A stretch of DNA of 64,000 nucleotides, from the NCBI GenBank assembly GCA_964016885.1, contig OZ024740.1, positions 364,188,001 to 364,252,000 of the forward strand, written 5' to 3'. Within the stretch, counting starts at the first letter, position 1, and every line of letters begins with the position of its first letter. This stretch comes from Eledone cirrhosa (lineage: Eukaryota). This document shows positions 38,350-53,293 of this stretch, piece by piece. The translations under genes were made by a program, and so were the position numbers. The notes under the pieces are model-generated. The model saw only the letters and a list, made by a program, of their open reading frames with translations, did no database searches and had not been told where the DNA came from.

Positions 38350-38480
38350 AACCAAATAAATATATATATTTTTTTTAAAAATAAGACTCCAGTTGCATTT
38401 TCGATTTCATCTCTTTTTCTTTATACTTTCACCCGTGTAGGACACCTCGGTTATTTTTCATTTTGTAAAAAAAACCTCAC

Positions 38481-38551
<71 letters not shown>

Positions 38552-38634
38552 TATATATATATATATATATATATAAGTATATATATATATATAAAAGTAT
38601 ATATATATATAAGTATATATATATATATATAAAA

Positions 38635-38670
<36 letters not shown>

Positions 38671-38882
38671 CTATATATATAAGTATATATATATAAGTAT
38701 ATATATATATATAAGTATATATATATATATAAGTATATATATATATATAAGTATATATATATATATAAGTATATATATATATATATAAGTATATATATAT
38801 ATATATAAGTATATATATATATATATAAGTATATATATATATATATAAGTATATATATATATATATAAGTATATATATATAA

Positions 38883-38995
<113 letters not shown>

Positions 38996-39010
38996 AAGTA
39001 TATATATATA

Positions 39011-39447
39011 TTTCGTTTCTGAATTTGTTTAGCAAGATTCTTTATCTGAAATCGTGTGTTGAAACCGATATTGTTATACTTTGGGAGGGTCATGTTGCCA
39101 ATAAGAAACACACGCACCAGTTGCTTTCACTTCAATTTATTATAATAAATTTATAATAAATTTATAAATTTATAAATTTCTGGTTGGTTGGTTGGTTCTA
39201 CAACCAGATAGTTGTTTATATATTGTCATAGTTCTTTCGTCACACACTCTGTGACCTCTTCAGTGACTGGGGATTCCTTTCTTTGTTTCTGTGCCTCTCC
39301 TTTGTTCTGTCCTACGCCATTTTGTTTCTGTGTGTGTGTTGTGTGCTCAGTCTGCGCATGCGCCACATCCGGGTGTCTGTGTGTGTTTATGTTCATTTAT
39401 TTATTTGTTTATTTACATGTTACTGGTTACTGGTTGGTTGTGGCGCA
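39011..39447 (-). mobile_element. PLE pseudo-LTR with tail (family P2), containing a hammerhead at 39225-39267
   Basis: Colinear with 25776-26040. gtca CTGAAGA g gtcaca gagtg tgtgac GAAA gaa CTA tgac. Confidence 0.78.
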
Positions 39448-39494
39448 TATAAGTATATATATAAGTATATAAGTATATATATATATATATATAT

Positions 39495-41381
39495 AGGTCA
39501 ATATATATAGGTCAATATCCCAATCTCACCATCAATCACCATCTCAAGGGAAAAAGATACAGCTTATCATGGCCAAAAAATCACTAGACAACACTTATCT
39601 TAATGCTGAAGCCGACTATATCTCAGGTAGCATTGATCAGCTATCGCAACATCACATCAGCAAACACCATCATCTTGCTTGGAAGGTTGTCAAAGATCTT
39701 TCAGGCAAAAACTCAAACTCTGCAGTTAGAATCAAAGGAGGCTCTGCCAAAAAACGTCTTGAAATTTGGTCTGCTCATTTTAAAAACCTTCTAGGGAAAA
39801 AGGCCAGACACCCTGATAACTATCAACTGCCATCCGTTCAGGTTTCAGAGCCTTTAGGAATCAACACCTCTCCTTTCACCATGCCTGAGCTCAAAGAAGC
39901 CATCAAACAGCTCAAAGCCTCAAAAGCCTTTGGGCCAGATAATATACCTACCCTGATTTGGAAGGATGAGCATTTCCACATCCTTTTGCTCAACTTATGT
40001 AACCATACTTTCGAGACCAATAAACCACCTAGCGTCTGGCATGCAGCTCAAATTATCCCCATGCCCAAAAAAGGAGATCTTTCTTTAGCTACCAACTATA
40101 GAGGAATTTCTCTCATGGCAATTGCTGCAAAAATATACAACAAGCTTCTTCTTAACCGCTTAATCCCATTTCTTGAGCCAATCCTTCGTAACAACCAGAA
40201 TGGATTTAGGAGAGGTAGATCAACACTTAGCCAGATTCTCTGCCTTCGCCGTCTTATAGAGGAGTCCCAAAACCCCAATCTAGACCTTGCACTCATCTTT
40301 GTTGATTTTTCAAAAGCCTTCGACTCAGTTGACAGGTCGGGGATGTTTGAAATTCTACAACTCTATGGGATTCCTGATAAAATTATCGCGGCCATACGTG
40401 TAATGTATACAGATACCAAATCAACTGTCCTGACCCCAGATGGGGAAACACCACCTTTCTCAATCCTCGCTGGAATTTTACCCTTGCTCCGTATCTGTTT
40501 ATCATTGTTGTGGATTATGTTTTGCGCATGTCTGTGGATAGGATTCAGGATAGGGGATACCAACTACAGCCTAGGAGAAGCTCATGCTACCCAGCAAAAT
40601 ACTTGACCGACACCGACTTTGCTGACGACATCGCATTGATCAGTCGGTCACTGGAAAATGCTGAGAGTCTTTTGAAGTCATTGGAGCAAGCGTCCAACTG
40701 TGTTGGACTGTACCTCAACGAATCCAAGACTGAGTGTGTGAACAGATGCGCAAACAGCCCAAACTACCCCATCAGAACCCTTAATGGTACCACCCTTAAG
40801 CAGGTGGAAAATTACAAGTATCTTGGCTCATATATCTCCTCCTCCAAAAAAGATTTTCTAACCAGGAAGGGTATGGCATGGTCAGCGTGCAATGACATGC
40901 ACGCCATATGGACATCTCAACTTACCAACAAGCTAAAACTGGAATTATTCCAAGCAACCATTAAGCCCATATTACTTTATGGATCCGAAACTTGGACACT
41001 AACATCACAACTTGAGAGGAGATTGGATGGCAGATATACCCGCCTCTTAATGAGAGTGCAAAACCTATCCTGGAAACGACATCCCACCTTGTCTAAAATC
41101 TATGGCAAACTCCCTTGAGCCTCTGCCCTTTTAAAATCCCGGAGAGCTCAATTTGCTGGCCACTGTCACCGTGCCAGCATTGAAATCATATCCGCTCTCT
41201 TGCTCTGGAACCCTGACTCCAGCCTGACTAGGAGTAGGAAGCTGTCATTCCCTGACGTTATCTCTAGGGATACAGGAATCAGTAGACAGGACCTGGGGGC
41301 AGCGATGGAGGACAGGGAATTCTGGGGCATGAGGGTGAGATCATCATCTTGACAGTAGTCGACGAATGATGATGATGATGA
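39495..41381 (+). mobile_element. RTE-like LINE family C (no PHD), 5'-truncated
   Basis: ORFs 39569-40606 and 40510-41118 give NYRGISL, QNGFR, FVDFSKAFDSV, DFADD, YKYLG, LLYGSETW. (GAT)n tail. Confidence 0.93.
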
Positions 41382-41486
41382 TATATATATAAGTATATAT
41401 ATATATATATACAAGTATATATATATATAGAAGTATATATATATATATAAGTATATATATATATATAAGTATATATATATATATAA

Positions 41487-41519
<33 letters not shown>

Positions 41520-41684
41520 TATATATATATATATATAAGTATATATATATATATATAAGTATATATATATATAAGTATATATATATATATAAGTATATAT
41601 ATATATATAAGTATATATATATATATATAAGTATATATCTATATATATATATAAGTATATATATATATAAGTATATATATATAA

Positions 41685-41717
<33 letters not shown>

Positions 41718-41790
41718 TATATATATATATATATAAGTATATATCTATATATATATATAAGTATATATATATATAAGTATATATATATAA

Positions 41791-41833
<43 letters not shown>

Positions 41834-42003
41834 TATATATATATATATATAAGTATATATATATATATAAGTATATATATATATATAAGTATATATATAT
41901 ATAAGTAAATATATATATATATAAGTATATATATATATAAGTATATATATATATATAAGTATATATATATATATATAAGTATATATATATATATAAGTAT
42001 ATA

Positions 42004-42274
42004 GGAGGTGAGTTTTATTGTAGTACAATAAAGCAATGCAGATATCGGATAAGAAGCACTCTACAGTTTGTGGGACTGGAGTATGCATAATATAAGATCA
42101 ATATGATATGTTGATTTAAAACTGCACTATCAACAAGTGTTTTTTAGCCTTCATATCATGTTCTCCTGTTTTATCTGATGAAAACACAAATATTATTGTT
42201 TGATGATGTTTGTTTTTGAAATGCGCATAATAAAATATATGGAACTCCTTTAACCATCTTTTGATCTTATATTA
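42004..42274. mobile_element. PLE pseudo-LTR mini-insert
   Basis: Tail 42004-42087 and a 14-bp arm TAATATAAGATCAA mirrored at 42261-42274, with a hammerhead between. Confidence 0.72.
42169..42235 (+). ncRNA. Minimal hammerhead ribozyme
   Basis: ttttat CTGATGA (AU-rich helix II) GAAA tgcgc ATA ataaaa, with palindromic ATGCGCAT. Confidence 0.78.
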
Positions 42275-42999
42275 TATAAGTATATATATATATATAAGTA
42301 TATATATATATATATATAAGTATATATATACATATAAGTATATATATATATATATATAAGTATATATATATATATATAAGTATATATATATATATAAGTA
42401 TATATATATATATATAAGTATATATATATATATAAGTATATATATATATATAAGTATATATATATATATATAAGTATATATATATATATAAGTATATATA
42501 TATATATAAGTATATATATGTATATATAAGTATATATATGTATATATAAGTATATATATATATATATAAGTATATATATATATATATATAAGTATATATA
42601 TATATATATAAGCATATATATATATATATATATAAGTATATATATATATATATATAAGTATATATATATATATATAAGTATATATATATATATATAAGTA
42701 TATATATATATATAAGTATATATATAAGTATATATATATATATATATATATAAGTATATATATATATATATAAGTATATATATATATATATATAAGTATA
42801 TATATATAAGTATATATATATATATATATAAGTATATATATATAAGTATATATATATATATATATAAGTATATATATATATATATATAAGTATATATATA
42901 TAAGTATATATATATATATATATAAGTATATATATATATATATAAGTATATATATAAGTATATATATATATATATATAAGTATATATATATAAGTATAT

Positions 43000-43031
<32 letters not shown>

Positions 43032-43058
43032 AGTATATATATATAAGTATATATATAT

Positions 43059-43289
43059 AAAGAAAAAGGGATGAAATCGAAAATGCAACTGAAGTCTTAT
43101 TTTTTTTAAAAATATATATATTTATTTGGTTCCTTTACCGGTTTCGCAGTTCTTCTGCTTTTCAAAAGGTGAGTTGAGATGGAGGGTCTGTGGTTTTTCT
43201 CACATGTTTTCGATTTCATCCCTTTTTCTTTATACTTCCACTCGTGTAGGACACCTCGGTTATTTTTCATTTTGTAAAAAAAACCTCAC

Positions 43290-43296
<7 letters not shown>
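43059..43296. mobile_element. Miniature of the 34396-38487 Penelope element, with a hammerhead at 43132-43169 (-)
   Basis: The first ~147 bp match 34396 onward. The last ~90 bp match 38398-38487. Confidence 0.9.
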
Positions 43297-43357
<61 letters not shown>

Positions 43358-43381
43358 TTATATACATATATATATATATAA

Positions 43382-43418
<37 letters not shown>

Positions 43419-43457
43419 TATATATATATAAGTATGTATATATATATATATATATAA

Positions 43458-43503
<46 letters not shown>

Positions 43504-43555
43504 TTATATATATATATATATATATATATACTTATATATATATATATATATATAA

Positions 43556-43591
<36 letters not shown>

Positions 43592-43628
43592 TTATATATA
43601 TATATATATATATAAGTATATATATATA

Positions 43629-43668
<40 letters not shown>

Positions 43669-43687
43669 TATATATATATATATATAA

Positions 43688-43722
<35 letters not shown>

Positions 43723-43755
43723 TATATATATATATATATAAGTATATATATATAA

Positions 43756-43798
<43 letters not shown>

Positions 43799-43809
43799 TA
43801 TATATATAT

Positions 43810-44156
43810 AAACGGAAAAAATGAAACGATATTTCATTTCCCACTCTTAGTACGGCTGTTACTTAAATATAAGTATGTACACGTACATACATATATGTAT
43901 ACCGACGTACAGTAGTATGTATATATATATATACATACATGCACACATATATATATGCACGTTGAACAAACGAGCAACGGTGGTTGCTAGACACTACGGC
44001 TTAATACGGGATGTTTGTTTACAAACACACCGAGCATTATAATAAATGTTCGGTGAATCCATACGTGCATATATATATGTGTGCATGTATGTATATATAT
44101 ATATACATACTACTGTACGTCGGTATACATATATGTATGTACGTGTACATACTTAT
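43810..44156. mobile_element. Fold-back PLE pseudo-LTR insert (family P1)
   Basis: Tail and arms are nearly identical to 32085-32696. The arms are unequal and there is no loop. Confidence 0.8.
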
Positions 44157-44168
44157 ATATATATATAA

Positions 44169-44213
<45 letters not shown>

Positions 44214-44226
44214 TATATATATATAA

Positions 44227-44283
<57 letters not shown>

Positions 44284-44445
44284 TATATATATATATATAT
44301 AAGTATATATATATATATATAAGTATATATATATATATATAAGTATATATATATATATATAAGTATATATATATATATATATAAGTATATATATATATAT
44401 ATAAGTATATATATATATATATATAAGTATATATATATATATATA

Positions 44446-45781
44446 TTAAGAGAGTAAAACAAAGAATCCTTTAATACATCAAAAGTTTTTATTAGCCGAC
44501 AATGTTTCGTCCTATTAAGGACTCATCAGGGCAATCAAAACAACAAGAGGTAATTTCGGCAGATACAAGCCAGAAACTCTGAAGAATATGGAGTGTACAT
44601 ACACTAATGTCTTACAAAGATATACGATAATAAAAATGAAGATAAAAATAATAAAATTATAATAACTAAGGATGTAGATAACATTAAGAACCATATTACA
44701 AATATACTCCAAAGCCACCAACTTAAATCTAAACAAATTTGGTTATATAGAGCAGGAATTATATATAACACAGTATAATACATTATAATAATAATATATT
44801 TATACCAACATTAAAATTCCAAATTAAAAATCAAAAGGTACAATATATACATGTATATATGTGCGCGCACACACACACACACACACACATATTACAATAC
44901 ACATATCTCTTTTCCATTACACAGAAATTAAGCCCTATTGGAAGTTTGAATATCAAAAATATCAAAAATAAGCATGGTAATAGTGAAAATAATGCTAATA
45001 CATCTACCCAATATACATGAGGCAATAAAATGATATAATTACAAGAAACACTTATAACAAATAATAAACAACAAAATTATATAATACAATACAATATAAT
45101 AAAGTAGAATAGATAATCCCTGGTTAATTTACAGAAACAATATAGATGTCACAGTGAAATACAATGACAAAATGTTAACATTATATTAACAATTACCAAA
45201 AACAATATGTACAACATGATTCATACTGGGTTACATAATAAATGAGGAAATATCAATCATATAATATAATACAATAATACTATAATACTCAAAAAAACTA
45301 TATTGGTACAGGGAACAATTATGATGTTACAGAAAAAATATGTTGTTACAGAAAAAATATACGGACATCTAACATGATATGTAAAGTCTAAATATCATAA
45401 TGTTACATATTACAATATTAAAATATTAAAAAATCCAGACATCTTATATGATATATAAAGTTTAAATATCATAATATTATATATAATAAACGGTAAGTAA
45501 TAAGGATCAATATCATAATGTAATATATTTTAAAAATTGGCATAAAATATATAAATAAATACTTATAATTTCAAGGTTAGTAGACAGACATGTGTGGATG
45601 AGTGAATGAAACCAGACAGTGAATAGTAAATAGAATATAGGATAAAACAAATAAATACAATCAACCGGAAATTACAAAACAAAGCAAATGTATACACATT
45701 TAGGCCTCGCGTGCATTAAGAAATTTGGTAAACACCAAGGAAAGCGATCATCTTAAATGACTCCAAACCCTATCTGATAAA
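44446..45781 (-). mobile_element. Probable PLE 3' UTR/pLTR segment
   Basis: AT-rich non-coding insert between (TA)n tracts, with a canonical hammerhead and AATAAA near its minus-strand 3' end. Confidence 0.6.
44491..44535 (-). ncRNA. Minimal type-I hammerhead ribozyme (canonical core)
   Basis: attgcc CTGATGA gtcc ttaata ggac GAAA catt GTC ggctaat AAA. Confidence 0.88.
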
Positions 45782-45804
45782 TTATATATATATATATAAG
45801 TATA

Positions 45805-48800
45805 TCATCATCATCATCATCATCATCAACGTTTAACGTCCGTGTTCCACGCTTGCATGGGTTTGGACGGGGGTAGTCCTACTTGAGGCAAGAGTGATTG
45901 TCTTGCTCGCATAGGACTGTCTGGCAGGTTTTCTACAGTTGGATGCCCTTCCTAACACCAACCACATTTACAGTGTGGGTCTGGGAGGTTTTTACCGTGT
46001 TGCCTACACGGCCACATTACAGCGTGGACTGTGTGTTTTTTTGTCGTGACACCTACACGATCTCATTTGTTTCGGCCTCGATGGCGCGGCACCAACATAA
46101 CTTTACATAGAACGGGGTGGTGTGGATGGGGTGGGGGTGGTGGGGGTGGGACGGGGTGTATTTTGTTAGAGATGCCTACTGGCTGGAGTAGGTTTTACTA
46201 TATATTTAGGTAAGGCGGGTCTTCTCTGTTACTGAGTACCGCCAAAGGTCTTGGTCCAGTGACATTGTCTTGGAGAGGTGTAAGTGTGTGATGTCGGAGT
46301 TTATCAGCTCAACCCAGGTTTTTCTAGGTCTGCCTATTCCGTGACTACCGTCTATCTTTATTGCCCTGCACTTTGTTATACAGCTATCGACTTTCATGCG
46401 CATCACGTGTCCATACCAACGTAGCCTTCTCCCCCCAAACGCAATCCAAAACTTCAGAGTTGGTACCATAAATGTAGGCACCCTAAAGGGTCGCGCTAAC
46501 GAGGCTGTAGAAATGCTTGAACGTAAGGAGGTCGATGTTTGTTGTACTCAAGAGACCAGGTGGAGGGGTGGGTCTGCTAGGTTCATTGAGGGTAAAAGAC
46601 GATGTTATAAGCTTTTCTGGGTGGGAAACGACGATGGGCTGGGTGGAGTAGGAATCATGGTAGCAGAAAAGTGGGCAGATAAGATAATAGACGTAAATAG
46701 AGTGAACGACAGAATAATTAAAATACGACTTGTCCTCAATAGAACTACGGTGACAGTAATATCTGCGTACGCACCCCAATCCGGACTGCCCGGCACTATA
46801 AAAGACAGATTCTATGAGACACTGATGCTAACTACCTCCCAAATATCCGACAGTGACTATATAATTATCGCAGGCGACCTAAATGGTCACGTTGGACAAC
46901 ATTGTGACGGCTACGACGAAATCCATGGAGGCTATGGGTTTGGTACTAGAAATGAGGAAGGCTCCAGAATCCTGGAATTCTGTGATGCAAATAACCTAAC
47001 TATCTGTAACACTAACTTCAAAAAACGTGACAATCACCTGATCACCTATAGATCCGGGGAACACACAAGCCAGGTAGATTATATCCTTACCAGAAGACGT
47101 GACAGAGTGTCTGTTGTAAACACTAAATCCCTCCCCCATGAAGAATGCACCTCCCAACATAAACTGATAATTAGCGACCTCATAGTCAGGACGAGACGTA
47201 CTCGACAGCAGAAGAGGACTATCCTCAGGAGAAAAATATGGAAGCTAAAGGACCCCACAGCCAGGAATAAATTTCAAAGCATATTACTTGGTGCTTTCGA
47301 CAGTAAGGAAGAACATTTAGAGTCGGACAATATAGAGGGAGAGTGGGAATTTCTGAAAGCAAACCTGCTGTTGGCGACAGACGAAGTCTGTGGCTGGAGC
47401 AGGCCTGTAGGCAGGAGGAGAGTAACATGGTGGTGGAACAGTAAGGTGGAGGGGTCAATTAAGGCCAAAAAGCAGGCTTGGAAAGTATGGCGGGATGGGG
47501 GAAGTAGAGAAGACTATCAAGTGGCCAGGAGGGAAGCTAGGAGACAAGTGTACTTAGCAAGAAGGGAAGCTGAGGAAAGAAAGTTCAAGCATGTTCTACA
47601 ACGCGATGACCAAAAACGTGAGGTGTTCAGGATTGCTAGGCAATGCGTCAAGGAAAACCGTGATATTGTCGGGGAGAAGTGTGTACTAAACGACGATGGC
47701 ACACTTGCCATCACCGACGCTGATAAGAAGGTAGCTTGGAAGTGTCACTATGAAAGGCTACTAAATGAGGAGAATAAATGGGAGAAAGACAGTCTCCCCC
47801 ATATCGACCCAATAGAGGGACCAGCAGTGTTAGTCGAGGGGAGTATAATAAGTAAGGCAATCAAGGATATGAAGACGGGTAAGGCGGCTGGGCCTTCGGA
47901 AATAGTTGCTGAGATGCTGAAGGCATCTGGCACGGTGGGACACACCATGGTCACCCGCATAGTTAACCAAGTCGTACAGAATGGGGTTGTTCCGAAGGAC
48001 TGGCATAGCAGCATCATCGTTAACTGTTATAAGGGTAAAGGAGACGCCCTAGATAGGAGTAACTATAGAGGCATTAAATTAATCGACCAGGTCATGAAGG
48101 TCACGGAAAAAGTAATAGCGCAACTAATCAGAGAGAGAATTGACCTAGATGAAATGCAGTTCGGGTTTGTGTCAGGCAAAAGTACCACAGACGCTCTTTT
48201 CATAGTACGACAACTACAGGAGAAGTACCTAGCTAAAGGTAAACCCCTCTACTTAGCTTTTGTCGACTTGGAGAAAGACTTCGACAGAGTCCCCCGCTCC
48301 ATTATCTGGTGGGCTCTTAGAAAACTAGGTGTTGACGAATGGCTTGTGAGGGCTATACAAGCCATGTATAAAGAAACAGTCAGCAAGGTTAGAATTAACA
48401 ACGAATATAGTGAAGAGTTTAGCGTAAAGTTGGCGTCCATCAGGGCTCTGTTCTCAGCCCACTACTATTTATTATTGCCCTTCAGGCTATAACAGAGGAG
48501 TTCAAGACAGGCTGCCCATGGGAACTCCTATACGCAGACGACCTGACACTCATAGCGGAATCAATGGCCGAGCTAGAGAAGAAATTCCAAACATGGAAGC
48601 ACGGCCTAGAGTCAAAAGGACTTAAAATTAACCTGGCTAAGACCAAAGTACTAGTTTGTAGGAAAGAAAACAAGGCGGCGGTCCCTTCTGGGAAATGGTC
48701 GTGCTTGGTGTGTAGGAAAGGCGTAGGTAGAAACTCCATTTTATGTCCTAAATGCAAAGTATGGGTGCATAAAAGATGTAGTGGGATCACAGGTAAGCTA

Positions 48801-49187
48801 ACTAAGAACATAGATTTTACATGTGGCCGGTGCTCTGGTGCAATAAGTAGCAGCAAGTGCCCGCAAAATACTAGCTCTTTCAATTGCGCAGAGGGTTCTA
48901 TAGAAATAGTGGACAGCTTCCGTTACCTGGGCGATAAAATCAGCAGTGGGGGAGGGTGCTCTGAAAGTACTGTAGCTAGAGTCAGAACTGGTTGGAAAAA
49001 GTTCAGAGAGCTTATACCACTATTAGCTGCTAAAGGGTTCTCACTAAAAATGAAAGGCAGATTGTACGATGCCTGCATACGAACAGCAATGCTGCATGGC
49101 AGTGAGACCTGGGCATTGTGTGCAGAGGATATACGCAGACTAGAGAGGAACGAAGCTTGCATGCTCCGCTGGATGTGTAACAGTAAT
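45805..49187. mobile_element. RTE family B with 5' inversion
   Basis: The 3' part, 45805-46431, is on the minus strand. The APE-RT-PHD part, ~46431-49187, is on the plus strand (ORFs 46396-48492 and 48564 onward, one frameshift). Confidence 0.95.
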
Positions 49188-49189
49188 AA

Positions 49190-49283
<94 letters not shown>

Positions 49284-49377
49284 TATATATATATATATAT
49301 AAGTATATATATATATATAAGTATATATATATATATAAGTTATATATATATATATATATATAAGTATATATATATAA

Positions 49378-49423
<46 letters not shown>

Positions 49424-49454
49424 TTATATATATATATATATATATATATATAAG

Positions 49455-49494
<40 letters not shown>

Positions 49495-50265
49495 AGTATT
49501 AGTTATACTATTTATGGTTATGTAAATACAAAACCTTAAGCAGTTGTAAGTATTTTACACACACCCTAAATAGTGGTAGGCAGTATTGTATTACTACCTT
49601 ATTACCAGTAAGTTAAGTAGCTCAATGTAAAAACATCAGATGATTTACAGAGCAGTTATATGAAATATAAGAATCAAAGAACTGTTCAAAACATTATTGT
49701 GCTTACAGCTGTTTCCTCCAAACCGAGGTTTGGATTCTTCGGAGCAATTTATTAATGCATGGACAGTTATATGACCTCCTCTTCAGCCGAGAGACATACC
49801 AATACATATTCAAACATTATTCAAACATTGATACATATTCAAACATTGTGGGTCAACATTCATTACAGAATTTAGAGTGGCAGTACACACTTCGAGATTA
49901 CATTTATATTAATAGGTACAATAAAAAATAAAAAATATAGGTTAAATTACAACATGAAGATAAGCGGTTATATAGTGCAAATGTTATATGTGTGGCACGC
50001 ATGTGCGTCTTGTTTATATAGTGTGGCAGAGAGATATGTGTGGTAGAGGCACTTAGGTAGGTAAATAGGAGTGTTAGGTTGGTAGATCTGGTGGCAAATT
50101 CTTTATATGATTGATATAGTCTGTGTGTGGAGAAATATTATAAGCATTAAAGATAGTGCAAGCATTAAAAGTGTTATAAGTAATGGACAATCCAGTTAGA
50201 GATCGTAGTCTGGTGTTTTTTAGTTCGATACAGGAGGTTGTTACGTTTCTAGAAACGCCATTTCA
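49495..50265 (-). mobile_element. Hydra-like PLE pLTR with tail, containing a hammerhead at 49700-49746
   Basis: Homologous to 59790-60470 and to the reverse complement of 62600-62908. Confidence 0.85.
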
Positions 50266-50275
50266 TATATTTCAT

Positions 50276-50313
<38 letters not shown>

Positions 50314-50314
50314 T

Positions 50315-50349
<35 letters not shown>

Positions 50350-50350
50350 T

Positions 50351-50439
<89 letters not shown>

Positions 50440-50521
50440 TATATATATATATATAAGTATATATATATATATATATATATATACTTATATATATATATAA
50501 GTATATATATATATATATATA

Positions 50522-50937
50522 TCATCATCATCATCATCATCATCAGGTTTAGCGTCCGTGTTCCACGCTTGCATGGGTTTGGACGGGGGTTTTCCCACTT
50601 GAGGCAAGAGTGGTTGTCTTGCTCGCATAGGACTGTCTGGCGGGTTTTCTACAGTTGGATGCCCTTCCTAACACCAACCACATTTACAGTGTGGGGCTGG
50701 GAGGTTTTTACCGTGTTGCCTACACGGCCACATTACAGCGTGGACTGTCTGGCGGGTTTTCTACAGCTGGATGCCCTTCCTAACACCAACCACATTTACA
50801 GTGTGGGGCTGGGAGGTTTTTACCGTGTTGCCTACACGGCCATATTTACAGCGTGGACTGTGTGTTTTTTGTCGTGACACCTACACGATCTCATTTGTTT
50901 CGGCCTGGATGTTGTGGGACCAACATAACTTTACATA
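50522..50937 (-). mobile_element. RTE family B 3' UTR with an internal ~110-bp duplication
   Basis: GGACTGTCTGGCGGGTTTTCTACAG.. occurs at ~50630 and again at ~50742. Confidence 0.9.
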
Positions 50938-51008
50938 TATACTTATATATATATATATATATATAAGTATATATATATATATATATACTTATATATATAT
51001 ATATATAA

Positions 51009-51110
<102 letters not shown>

Positions 51111-51162
51111 TTATATATATATATATATACTTATATATATATATAAGTATATATATATATAA

Positions 51163-51236
<74 letters not shown>

Positions 51237-51272
51237 TTATATATATATATATATACTTATATATATATATAA

Positions 51273-51328
<56 letters not shown>

Positions 51329-51362
51329 TTATATATATATATATATACTTATATATATATAA

Positions 51363-51396
<34 letters not shown>

Positions 51397-51452
51397 TTAT
51401 ATATATATATAAGTATATATATATATATATAAGTATATATATATATATATAA

Positions 51453-51485
<33 letters not shown>

Positions 51486-51508
51486 TATATATATATATAT
51501 ATATATAA

Positions 51509-51541
<33 letters not shown>

Positions 51542-51562
51542 TATATATATATATATATATAT

Positions 51563-53262
51563 ACATGTAAAGTTATATTTAAAATTGTTGGGTTACAACT
51601 AGTAAATATTTATAACTGATATAAAAGCACTCGACAAATATTTGGAGTATATTTACAATATTAAATAAATGGAAAACTATATTTATAAAACCATATTTAT
51701 TTCATTATATATATTTCGGGGATATCATATTAACAATATGCTATGCCTTCATCAGACAAAATACAATATAAACAGTTTTATAGATAAATATATTCGACAT
51801 ACCGTAATAAACATCAACTTCATTTGAAGAGGTTTACGCTAGCAGTGAAAATACAGAGAGAAAGAAAGAGAGAAAGAAAAGAGGGAAAAAAGAAAGAAAG
51901 AAAGACAAAACGAAGAAAAGGAAGAAAAAGAAGAAAAAGAAAAAGAAGAAATGCATGGAACAAAATAGAGAGATGGAAAAATAGATAAAGCGAAGAGCTT
52001 CATGTAAAGAGACAGAAAGAGATATATATATATAGAGAGAGAGGAAATAGAGATAGATACATATATATATATAGAAAATTAGGTAGTGGGAGGTCATTTT
52101 GAATAAGTGTATCAATGATACATTTATTTATTTATTTATTTATTTATTTAGCTCAAGTATTAATGTAAGGGAGATATATAGAGAGATATAGAGAGATATA
52201 GAGGGAGAAAAAAAATTTTAAAATAGCCAGACATATCCGAGGCGTAGAAAACCCTATGTTTTAATGTATTAGTATTTATAAAACTTACACTATATTGTAA
52301 ATATCAGTATTCCTGAATGAAACAAGTATTCACAATGTGTGAAAATTCATTATCTTATGTTTAGTTTTAAAAAATTCATATGTTTATGTGACAGCTACAA
52401 ACATCAATGTGAATCCAACTGATTCACTCCGCAAACTCTAGGTTACCGGAAAACAATCTCAATGTGGTATAAAAATTTGAGCGTATTATTATTCTTGCGA
52501 TTACTCTACAAGATTATCTATCAAGCAGAAATAGAGAGCAGATTTCAATATACTAATCGAAAATATATATTATATTATAAACAAAGATAACAATAATAAT
52601 AATAATAAGTAAAAATATATAAAAATAAAAGAATATTACGAAAGAATATTACATAATAAAAATATTGCATATTAAAAATACTACGTATTAAAAAATATTA
52701 CGTATTAAAAATTTACATATAAAAATATTAAAAATAAAATAAAAATAAAAATATTATAGAATACTATAATACTAAAAGAATAAAAATAAAAATAAAAATA
52801 AAAATAAAAATAAAAATGAAAATAAAAATAAACCACAAAGAACAACCCTTCAAAGTTAATTGACAATATATTGCCAAATTCATTACAAGACAAAGCCAAA
52901 AATTATCTATCAAATCACATCTAGCAAAGAATATCGCAAAAAGATTATGATGTCCAATAATGTCTACATATGTTCCTATATTTAATATAGAAGTTTATCT
53001 AGTGTAAGGTTAATTCAAAAAATTTGGAGCATCGGCTTTTAGGGTAGCTTTATTTTTCATGAGGAATGTTTAGATAAAAATAAAAATAAATAAAATAAAA
53101 TAAACAATAAAAAGAGTAAAAAGAGGGAATCAAAGATTTAGGAATCAAAAGATTTATCGGCTAGTTCTCATATAAATATAAATCAAACCAAATATACTAC
53201 ATTTTAAATTTAAATTTATATTTAAACGTTGAGTTTAATCTATGTTTGCAACAACTTGCAAT

Positions 53263-53268
<6 letters not shown>
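51563..53268 (-). mobile_element. Probable PLE 3' UTR/pLTR segment with a hammerhead at 51698-51763
   Basis: tattttgt CTGATGA aggc..cccc GAAA tatat ATA atgaAATAAA. The rest is low-complexity AT-rich sequence bounded by (TA)n. Confidence 0.6.

Positions 53269-53293
<25 letters not shown>

Larger units (their letters stand above)
34396..38487 (+). mobile_element. Neptune-like Penelope element, 5'-truncated, with ~730-bp inverted pLTR
   Basis: The inverted arm 34396-35126 mirrors 37688-38424. Tail at 38425-38487. RT and GIY-YIG ORF lie between. In (TA)n. Confidence 0.93.

Noticed and set aside
41382-43809. Telomeric repeat
   Set aside because: There is no TTAGGG or other fixed-length unit. TA run length varies from unit to unit.
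46396-46431. Novel N-terminus on the 698-aa ORF
   Set aside because: It is antisense RTE sequence fused in frame at the inversion junction.
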